36,845 nt of DNA from an uncultured Dehalococcoidia bacterium (GTDB taxonomy: Bacteria > Chloroflexota > Dehalococcoidia > Lucifugimonadales > UBA3495): NCBI GenBank assembly GCA_950072105.1, contig CATMOE010000037.1:1-36845 (forward strand), in the 5' to 3' direction. The notes beneath the pieces are model-generated. The model saw nothing but the letters and a program-made list of their open reading frames with translations. It searched no databases and had not been told where the DNA came from. The position numbers were made by a program, and so were the translations under genes. This document shows, one piece after another, positions 17,663-25,779 of this stretch. Position 1 is the stretch's first letter, and every line of letters starts with the position of its first letter.

Positions 17663-18415
17663 ATGCCTGATCCTAAAGTGTATTTCCGCCCTGGTTGATT
17701 CACCTGCGGCCGCACGAAAGAGTTTCTTTCGTCCCAAGGTATCGAGTACGTAGACGGCGATGTCGAACACGATCCGGAATCCATGGAAGAACTGCTGAAG
17801 CTGGGTATCAAAGCGGTCCCGGTGACGATCTGGGGAGACGAGGTAATAATCGGGTTCAACCCCAAGGAGCTCGCTCGCGTATTCAAGCTGAATAGTGAAG
17901 TATCTCAGGTGTCCCCGCCCGCCATGATCGAGAAATACGAGACGGTGTTGGTGGCGGCCGGCCGCGCGGCGCGTCAACTCCCGGACGAGTATCTGGGATG
18001 GAATTGTCCCGAGCGCAAGCGTACGCTCGGCCAATTTACTTTCCACATCTTCGATAGGCCGGACAGAGCCCTGAACGCTTACGAAACTGGCCACTACAAC
18101 CTCGATGACCGAGGCCGCCACGCTGAAGATGTACTGGACAAGGTAAGATTCGAGGAGATCGCAGTCTACGGCGAGGATGTTCTCAGCCGGGTGAAACACG
18201 GCTTAACGGGTCCGGCCCAGATGGACTTGGAAAAGGTCCTCGAGACCTACATGGGACGGAAGACCACTGCTGAGTTGATGGACTTGGCCCTGGGGCACTC
18301 CGTGCACCACCTGAAGCAACTGTACGAGTACATGTCGCAGGCAGGGATGGAGCCGGTGGACAAGTTGGAAGACGCTGACTTCCAAGGGGTGGCGGTTCCG
18401 ACTGAGTTGTTCTAA
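17663..18415 (+). CDS. Predicted selenoprotein: glutaredoxin/NrdH-like UxxC domain fused to a DinB-like domain (250 aa, Sec12)
   Basis: RBS GGAG 17651 and ATG 17663: MPDPKVYFRPG-U(TGA 17696)-FTC-GRTKEFLSSQGIEY...AVPVT...IGFNP, in frame with ORF 17783-18415. The C-terminal part has RTL...FHI and HSVHH. Confidence 0.88.
17714..17732 (+). promoter_or_regulatory. Bacterial SECIS-like hairpin
   Basis: ACGAAAGA-GTT-TCTTTCGT; the stem starts 15 nt after the UGA, the G-first loop 23 nt after it. Possible lower stem ACCT/AGGT. Confidence 0.78.
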
Positions 18416-18464
18416 TAATCTTCGAACCGAACCGAGTCAATCCGAGCAGTAGACGGGTCGGACT

Positions 18465-19795
18465 ATGACTTCGAATGCAGACGGTCAGTCCGCATCGAAT
18501 GACGCGTCTGAAATCTCTTGGGAGAAACTGGGCATCACGCCGTTGATGCGGGCTGCCCGTGCGGGCGATCTGGGGCCGTGCGGTCAGCTCTTGAACTCGG
18601 GCGATTCAGTGGATACCGCCGACGAGGCTGGTTGGACCGCGCGTATGGGCGCCGCGGCAGAAGGGCACGAGCAGATCGTTCAACTCTTGATCGACCACGG
18701 CGAGAACGTAGACGCTGAATCTTTCGATACCGCCACGGCACTGCATGCGGCTACCGCCAATGGCGTGCCGGTATAGTGCGCCTGCTTTTGGGCGCAGAGG
18801 CTGAATGTAGATCCGGCATGAGCGGGATAGGTCCCTTCGGCGGGGGCGGCTGGTGGGACTCGATAAAATTGGCCGCCAATAACGGTGATGGGGAGATCTT
18901 GCAGTTGTTGGCCGACGCCGGGGCCAAGCTGGTGGACCACGATGCTGCCTTGTATCTCTACCGGGCGTACGCCGTGATGGGCCGGGATGTCAAATTGTTC
19001 CACCGCGGTAAGACCGAGACCTACCAAAGCCACGATGACGCATTCTATCATCCCGACATCTTCACCGTAGGTGAGCCATTCCAGATTCCGGATGGAACAC
19101 CGCCATGCGTACTACGATTGATCAACGCATACAGCGGTGGCTGTGGTGTCCCAGTCACCGGTGACCGGGACACCACGGCGCCCGTCGCCTTTTTTGGTAC
19201 CAGGCCTGCCGACGGCAGCATCGCTTCATTCGAGGCCAAGGGTCAGGGTAAACCGGATGAAGACCCGAATGGATACGGGGCTGATCGGGCCGAGCACGTG
19301 AGCCTGGGAGGCTGGAGGGTCCACGGTTATACCTTGGCCTTGGAAGAACTGCTACACCAGGACACCCCCGGATCTCAAGAACCCCCGGCTCCGTTGGAAC
19401 GCCTCCTCCAAGTTGCTGCCGGTGTGGGCAAGTTGGAGATTGTGCGGGAGTTGCTCCGGCGGGGCGCCGTACCACCAAGAGGTTTTCAGGACCTCATAGA
19501 AACGGTTGTGGACCCGCACTGGAAGATTCCAGATGCGACCAGTATCAAACGCCTGCTGTTAACAAGAATCGCCGGTCCAGAAATTTTTCTGGAGCCAGTT
19601 GAACGGTTGGAGCTATCTCCTAGAACCCTGAACTGTTTGAAGAGGGGTCAGGTTACCGACTTGGGTCAAGTTTTTGACATGTCTGACGAAGAACTACTCC
19701 AGATTCGCAACTTTGGGGAACAGTCGTTGGAGGAGTTGAAAATTCAACTGGAACGTCTGATTTATGCAAACGACGAGATACCTGCTAACAACTGA
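18465..19795 (+). pseudogene. Ankyrin-repeat protein with C-terminal RNA polymerase alpha-CTD domain, 1-nt frameshift near 18765
   Basis: Ankyrin motifs TPLM.AA..G, GH..IV.LL..G, TALH.A..NG continue as AGIVRLLL in another frame. The tail LELSPRTLNCLKR...ELLQIRNFGEQSL.EL is alpha-CTD-like. Confidence 0.8.
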
Positions 19796-19891
19796 CGGCT
19801 CAACGGCGATGCGCCCCGCGGATGCAGCAGCGCCACCCCGGCGTTGGATACCGGCCCAAGCCCTGCGCCCGCCCGCCCCTGTTTCCCCTAG

Positions 19892-20701
19892 CTAGCGGCC
19901 CTTCCAGACGGGGGGGCGTTTTTCGGAGAAAGCGAGAGGTCCCTCTTTGGCGTCCTCGGAATTCAGGACGCGCTGAGACACCCAGGCGTTCAGCTGCAAC
20001 GATTCCTCCAACCCGAAGCGATGCCAAAACTGAGCTACCGACTTGGTTCCTTGGACTGCCAATGGCGCGTTGGCGCCGATGGTCTCGGCTATTTCCACCG
20101 CCCGGGACATCAGTTGGTTCGGTTCCAGAACCTCGTGAACGAAGCCAAGCCGGTGGGCTTCTTCCACACTCAGCGTATTGCCCGTCAGCATCAGGTACAT
20201 CGCTTCACCGAATGGCATCACCCGAGCCAGATTGTTCATGGCGTAGTTGGCCAGAATACCGCGCTTGACCTCAAACAGCGCGAAATAAGCTTCGGTGGAG
20301 GCGATGCGGATGTCACAGTCGGCCGCGCGTTCCATGCCCGCCGCTATGGCCAGTCCGTTGACCGCCGCGATGAAGGGTTTGGGGTTTCTGGAGAAGGGTT
20401 GGCCCTGGCGCAGTCCTTCCATCCGCACTTCCGGTGGCATCTCCGCTAGCCGGGCTTGATCCTCTTGGTTGCCCGCCGCGTCTCTTTCGGCCATCTCCCG
20501 CAGGTCGGCCCCGGCGGAGAACGCCCTGCCCGCTCCAGTGACGATACCAACCCTCATTTCGGGGTCGCGGGTGAACTCGGCGAGAGCGGATGTCAACTCT
20601 TCTCGCATCACCGCGCCCTGGGCGTTCAGGCGGTCCGGACGGTTCATGGTGAAAATGGCGTAGTGACCCGCAGGGTATCTTTCATAGAGCATGTACGGCA
20701 T
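19892..20701 (-). CDS. Enoyl-CoA hydratase/isomerase family protein
   Basis: MNRPDRLNA, AFSAGADL, KPFIAAVNG, GME, CDIRIA, FEVKRG, EG..AF.EKRPP.W.GR. Confidence 0.93.
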   Translation of the reverse strand: MPYMLYERYPAGHYAIFTMNRPDRLNAQGAVMREELTSALAEFTRDPEMRVGIVTGAGRAFSAGADLREMAERDAAGNQEDQARLAEMPPEVRMEGLRQGQPFSRNPKPFIAAVNGLAIAAGMERAADCDIRIASTEAYFALFEVKRGILANYAMNNLARVMPFGEAMYLMLTGNTLSVEEAHRLGFVHEVLEPNQLMSRAVEIAETIGANAPLAVQGTKSVAQFWHRFGLEESLQLNAWVSQRVLNSEDAKEGPLAFSEKRPPVWKGR

Positions 20702-20736
20702 GACCGGCCTCCAATCTTTGAAGCGGAACTACGAAG

Positions 20737-21462
20737 TTATGCGGCAGACGCCCCTTTCAGGTTGGCCGCGAAGAATTCCAGGGTACGGCTCCACGCAAGC
20801 TCGTCAGCCGCTTTTTGGTAGTTGGTAAACGTGAAGTCCGCGAAGCGGTGATCGGCGTCCGGGTAGGTGTAAAACTGGTGGGGCTTGCCCAACCGGGTCA
20901 ACTGTTCGTCAAATTTGGCCATGTCTTCCAGGGATGGATTACGGTCGATCTCGCCGAAGTGATACATGATGGGGCAATTAATGCCATCGCTTAGATCGAA
21001 GGGACTTTGGGTACCCTCGCCCCAGCAATCCATCATGAATCCGCCGTAATAAGGCACCGCGGCCTTGAATTTGGGATTGGTGGCCGCCGCCAGCCAGACC
21101 ACCCGGCCTCCCATGCAGAAGCCGGTGACCCCGATCCTGTCGCGGTCTACCGAAGGGTGTTGCCGCAGAAATTCCACGGCGGCGTTTACGTCGGCGATTA
21201 TTTCCGGGTCGTCAAGCAATTGGCGGCGGGTTTTGCCCTTGGCTTTCTCGATCTCTGCAGTCGTCCGGTGATAGAGGGAGGGGGCGACCGCGGCGTAGCC
21301 TTCGTCAGCCAGCCGGCCGGCGATGGTTTGGATGAACTCATCTACGCCATCGGCGGCTTGGATGACGACAACGGCGGGAAAAGGACCGTCCCCATCGGGC
21401 ACCGTCATGTAAACTGGCATCTCGGATCCGTTTACTTCAAGTTTCTCCCAGGAAAATGCCAT
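20737..21462 (-). CDS. Dienelactone hydrolase family protein
   Basis: GFCMGG (Cys nucleophile), VPYYG, FGEID, YP.ADH.F. RBS AGGAGA supports ATG 21462. Confidence 0.93.
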   Translation of the reverse strand: MAFSWEKLEVNGSEMPVYMTVPDGDGPFPAVVVIQAADGVDEFIQTIAGRLADEGYAAVAPSLYHRTTAEIEKAKGKTRRQLLDDPEIIADVNAAVEFLRQHPSVDRDRIGVTGFCMGGRVVWLAAATNPKFKAAVPYYGGFMMDCWGEGTQSPFDLSDGINCPIMYHFGEIDRNPSLEDMAKFDEQLTRLGKPHQFYTYPDADHRFADFTFTNYQKAADELAWSRTLEFFAANLKGASAA

Positions 21463-21643
21463 CGTAAATCTCCTGCATATATTGCGATTGCTGTATTTAA
21501 CAGTGATTAGGAGGTCTCGGCAAGGCCCGATGACGCGAAGGCGCCGTCCCCCATTCAAGTTCTTTCGCCTCCCCTTCATGGGAAACCAGGCATTGAATGA
21601 TGGGGGTTAGCTACGGCCCTAGACCGGCCGGGACCCCACACGG

Positions 21644-21655
21644 TATGTATACATA
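21644..21655. promoter_or_regulatory. 12-bp perfect palindrome, possible operator
   Basis: TATGTATACATA in a GC-rich intergenic region. Confidence 0.3.
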
Positions 21656-21656
21656 A

Positions 21657-21687
21657 AGAGGGCCGGCCTTGGTGGGGCCGGCCCTCT
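21657..21687 (-). terminator. Intrinsic terminator-like hairpin
   Basis: 12-bp stem AGAGGGCCGGCC/GGCCGGCCCTCT just after the stop at 21709. Confidence 0.75.
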
Positions 21688-21708
21688 CTTCTTAGCTGGA
21701 CTCGAGGA

Positions 21709-23987
21709 TTACTCTTCGTCTTCCCCGTGGGCCTGGTGGTTACCCTGGTTCAGGACACCACTGATGTCCGGGCTTTCTCCACCTGGGAAGGTGATGGTAA
21801 ATGTGTCCCTTCGGCCTGGTTCGCCGTCGTCGGTGATCACTGCCGTGAACGCGATACCTTCGACGCCATTGAGTTTGCCAGTGCCTGATATATGGGCCGT
21901 GTCGAACTTGGCCTCAGGATTGCCGGGGTCCAGCGCCGGATCGTCGGTGAAGACGATGGACGTGAAGTCCTTCACGTGGAACTTGTCGCCGGTCCCATGG
22001 TGGTTGTACTCCAGGTTGCCACTGAAGGAGCCGTCTGAGTTGACGACCTGATTAAAGCCGTGGCTGGTGTGAATAGCCTTTGGCTTGCCCTTACCCTTGC
22101 CTTTGGGTTCCTCCACTTCGCCGGTGTCGACCCTGCCGCCACCGGTCATTTTACCCGCCGCCTTTATGATTACTTCCACAGTCGCGGTGTCAACGCCACC
22201 GTCGTCGTCGGTAACCGTGACGGTGATGGTGGTCACGCCCTGAGCGACAATGTAGGTATGGCCGGCACTGAATGGGCTAGTCGCGGCCGTGGGGCCAGAG
22301 GTGGTTGTGTCACCCCAATCCACGGCCACCGTGTGGGAGTCGAGAACGCCCACGTCAGTGAAGGTGCCGTTGAGCACCAATGGCTGGTCAACGAAGACCA
22401 TCATCGGTGCATCCAGCCCGGTTATCACCGGGTCGACGTTCAGAACTGTGACTTTGATCGTTGTTTCGTCAGTAGCCCCGAAGGGTTGGTCGGTTACGAT
22501 CAGTGTCGCCGGCTCGTTGCTCAGGTCGTCCTGGATGATTAGACTTCCGGCCGACAGAATATTGACGGTCAGTCCGGCGAGAGTATCGCCATCGAAGTCC
22601 CACTCGCCGGCTATAGAATCGCCATCAGGATCGCTCGAACCACTTCCATCCAGCGTCAGGTCATCGCCTTCATTGATGGTGACGTTTGTCGCGACCGCAT
22701 CGGGGTCCCGGTTCGGAATCTCAAAGTGCAGTATGGTGCCGGCTTTGCAGGTTACGTGTACGGGTTCGATGTTGCTTGCCAACAGAGGCGAGTCTGGAAT
22801 CACCTGCACCGAGTAGCTGCCTACTGGGAGAACTATGCTGAACGCATCCCCGGAGAAGTTTCCGGTGGGCGGCTCGGTAGTCACGCCACCGGTTGCCAGG
22901 TTGGTGATTTTCACCGTGAAGTTCCCGGTGAACGGTAGTCCTCCTCGCTGCACCGTGCCGTCAACCTTGCCCGCGCCGAAGGTGAGCCAGGTGGCGTATA
23001 TGCCATTGTCAGATCCGGAAAGCTTTTCGACCACGTAATGGTGGTCCATCCCGGATACTTCCACCGACCAGAGACCCGCCCCCGGAACAGAACCTTGGAC
23101 CAGGATATCGATGCCTAAGCCGGTGTCGGACTGGGTGTCGACCACGTTCCCATCCGGGTCCCTGAGGGTCACGGTCCCTGTCGTCGCCGGAGAGACGGGG
23201 AGTCCAACACTGGACACTCGGACCTCGACGTTCTCAGACGCGCCACCTTATACGTACCATCGTGCCGGTGGGGCGACGATATTGACGGTTACGCTCCAGT
23301 TGTCTATGCCAGTGCTTCTTGTGGAGGTGCTGGCGCCGGTGTGGGAAGATGCGCGTGCATGTCCGAACTCGATCGTGGTGCCGCTGGCCGTAAAGTTCGG
23401 TTTTTCACCGCAATCCTGTCCCCCACAATCACTCTGCAGAATAGACCCTGCGTTAGACCTGCAGCGCTGATGGTAGTTCAGGGAGTGGCAGGCGGCGCCG
23501 GGAGTATGGTACCGGGCAGCCCCGAGCAGTCGGGCTGAGTACAGGCGAGGAAGCGGGCGTAAATCTTGCTATCTTGGCGAAGGGCGACCCCGGGGACTGC
23601 TCCAAAAGTATTAAATTCGGTGGAGTCGGTCCGTGCCCGCTCAGAATAGTCGATCGACGCGATAGCACCATCCGTTCCCGGATCGTGGGTGGCGCTTGGA
23701 TTGATGTGCACTGAGTGTACGGCCCCAACACCAGCCATAACATGGGTGATCTGTTGGTAATCACCCGGGTCTCCCCCGCTATTCACTTGGGTGCGGGAAG
23801 CGGAGCTAGCTGTTACGGTCTTGAATATCGTTATGTCCCAATCGGCGTTGGCGAACGTTCCATCGCTAAACGGACCCGCGGCATGTGTGGCAGGAACGTG
23901 GGAGCCGGTGGCAGACGCCACCAGAACCACCAATATTGCCAGAACCAATACTTTGGTAGAAGCGGCCAGGCTATCTATTCCAAACAT
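21709..23987 (-). pseudogene. Secreted multi-domain beta-rich surface protein with PKD/Ig-like domains; three lesions
   Basis: Signal peptide; in-frame TGA at 23478-23480; frameshift probably at the G5 run 23420-23424; in-frame TAA at 23248-23250. PKD motifs (LDGSGSSDPDGD..WDFDG; VDWGD..HTY..VTDDDGG). C-terminal TGGG...D.GEPG..D.F...L..GN.Q.H domain. Confidence 0.8.
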
Positions 23988-24265
23988 AACGGCAAGACCT
24001 CAGTGCATAAAATACTTGAACTTCCACGACTCGTCCCCAGCGGACGCCATGAACGAATCATGGGTTGGGCAGGCCAATGATATTTGGCACCCCGGCAGAG
24101 CGCGGTCAATCGCCGGGAGTTCATAATGCTTAACAATACCTAACCGATTCTGAGGGATTTCTTGTATTATTTTGCGTGATATCCCGATTGTCCGCACAAT
24201 GCCAGGTTGATACTGTTTGGGTTGAGGCAACCCGGTGCAAAGCTTGATGTCTGGAGGGGGGGCGA

Positions 24266-24508
24266 ATGGTAAGATCAGCAGTAGGGATCAACCTGGGGAC
24301 CTATAATCATGCGAACGATCGGGCCAGCTTAATGACCGTGGCTCAGGTCGCCCGGCGGCTAAGCGCCCATCCGCACTCAGTTCGCCGATGGGCTGATTCG
24401 GGGCTGCTTAGTTGCTACCGCATCGGGTTCAGGGGATACCGCCGGTTCAAACAAGAGGATGTTGAAGCATTTTTGGTGACCCGGAAGAACGGTTCCGTTA
24501 CCGAGTAG
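24266..24508 (+). CDS. Excisionase/MerR-like HTH DNA-binding protein
   Basis: LMTVAQVARRL..H..SVRRW...G.L..YRIG.RG.RRF...DV..FL; RBS GGAGG. Confidence 0.88.
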   Translation: MVRSAVGINLGTYNHANDRASLMTVAQVARRLSAHPHSVRRWADSGLLSCYRIGFRGYRRFKQEDVEAFLVTRKNGSVTE

Positions 24509-24528
24509 CCGGCTAAATCAGATACTAG

Positions 24529-24559
24529 AAGCCCCTGGGAACTTCTCAGGGGCTTTTTT
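24529..24559 (+). terminator. Intrinsic terminator
   Basis: AAGCCCCTGGGA/TCTCAGGGGCTT stem plus T-tract. Confidence 0.85.
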
Positions 24560-24763
24560 GATGCCTGCGGTTGGGCGCGCAGGAACGGCGGTAACAAGCC
24601 GAGCGTATATCGCGATCGGGAAGCCTTTGCATTTTCCGGATGCTCGCGCGCCGTTCAAGGACCACCGCGACGTTAGCCGATACGATTCCAACTAAGCACT
24701 GGACACGCCGTGCCGGACGGCGCAAAATTCGCCCAGAGTATAAGCAAGTTTCGGGAGGGCCAC

Positions 24764-25693
24764 ATGACTACCCGGCAGATCCCTTCGGAAGAACAAGTCA
24801 TCGGTTGGATGGACTCGCTCAGCAATTGGGGCCGTTGGGGCGCCGACGACCAGATGGGCACCCTGAACTTGATCACCGACGCCAAGCGGGCCCAGGCCGC
24901 CGGACTGGTGAAGGAAGGCATCAGCGTCACCTGCTCACGGCTCATCGTGCCGGAGATGGCGGCCGATGTTACCAGCATCCCTCCGCTGCATTACATGGTC
25001 CGAGCCGGGGATTCTGTCCCGGCGGAAGGCTCGGGCGGTACCTCGGACTTCATCGGTTTTTCTTTTCACGGTCTGACTATCACCCACTTGGACGCCCTTT
25101 GCCACCAGGTTTGGAACGGCAAGATGTACAACGGCCGTCCCGCGTCCGAAGTTGGTTCAGACACCAAGGCGACCAGCCTGAACATCGATGCTGCTCAGAA
25201 CGGAATCGTAACCCGGGGTGTATTACTGGACATCGCCAAGCTCAAGGGTAAGAAGTGGCTGGATGCCGGAGAGCCGGTGTTCGTTGAAGACTTGGAAGCC
25301 GCCGAAAAGGCGGCCGGAGTGCGGATAGAGGAAGGCGACGCCCTGATGTTGCGCCTAGGTTGGTACAAGCGCCGGTTGGAGGAAGGGCCGCCAACCTCCG
25401 GGCGTCCGGGTCTGCATGCGGAGACCCTGCCCTGGCTCAGGGAAAGAGGCGTTTCCATAGTCAGCGGTGACGCCTCCCAAGACGTTGACCCCAGCGGCTA
25501 TCCCAAGCTGGGACTGCCGGTGCATAAGGTGGGCATAGTTGGGATGGGGTTGTGGCTGATAGACGCGGCCAACTGCGAAGAGCTGGTGCAGGTCTGCGAA
25601 CGCTTGAACCGTTGGGAGTTCATGTTCAACGTGGCGCCCCTGCGTTTCAAGAACGCCACCGGTTCCCCCGTAAATCCCTTGGCCCTTTTCTAA
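24764..25693 (+). CDS. Cyclase family (kynurenine formamidase-like) metal-dependent hydrolase
   Basis: SNWGRWG.DDQ.GTLN, HG..ITHLDALCH, RGVLLD, GD....R.GW, TGSPVNP.A.F. RBS GGAGG supports ATG 24764. Confidence 0.92.
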   Translation: MTTRQIPSEEQVIGWMDSLSNWGRWGADDQMGTLNLITDAKRAQAAGLVKEGISVTCSRLIVPEMAADVTSIPPLHYMVRAGDSVPAEGSGGTSDFIGFSFHGLTITHLDALCHQVWNGKMYNGRPASEVGSDTKATSLNIDAAQNGIVTRGVLLDIAKLKGKKWLDAGEPVFVEDLEAAEKAAGVRIEEGDALMLRLGWYKRRLEEGPPTSGRPGLHAETLPWLRERGVSIVSGDASQDVDPSGYPKLGLPVHKVGIVGMGLWLIDAANCEELVQVCERLNRWEFMFNVAPLRFKNATGSPVNPLALF

Positions 25694-25721
25694 GCGGTTC
25701 TCCCGCATCAGAACCATAACG

Positions 25722-25753
25722 AATGGACCGCTCGATAAAGAGCGGTCCATTTT
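25722..25753. terminator. Terminator hairpin between convergent genes
   Basis: AATGGACCGCTC-gataaa-GAGCGGTCCATT, a perfect 12-bp stem. Confidence 0.85.
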
Positions 25754-25779
25754 GTCTATCCGGTGTTGTTATTGGCGAC

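Noticed and set aside
19580..19762. rpoA gene
   Set aside because: Only the CTD is present, with no alpha-NTD and no ribosomal-protein operon context.
21463..21579. N-terminal extension of the dienelactone hydrolase
   Set aside because: Does not resemble the family; RBS AGGAGA sits before ATG 21462.
484..23480. Genome-wide reassignment of TGA to Trp (code 4)
   Set aside because: TGA ends apparently complete genes (4034, 13782, 30726, 35449, 36034), TGG is used for Trp throughout, and two of the three TGA-broken genes carry other lesions.
24266..24508. Prophage or integrative element marked by the excisionase-like gene
   Set aside because: No integrase, att-like repeats, tRNA or phage genes seen nearby.
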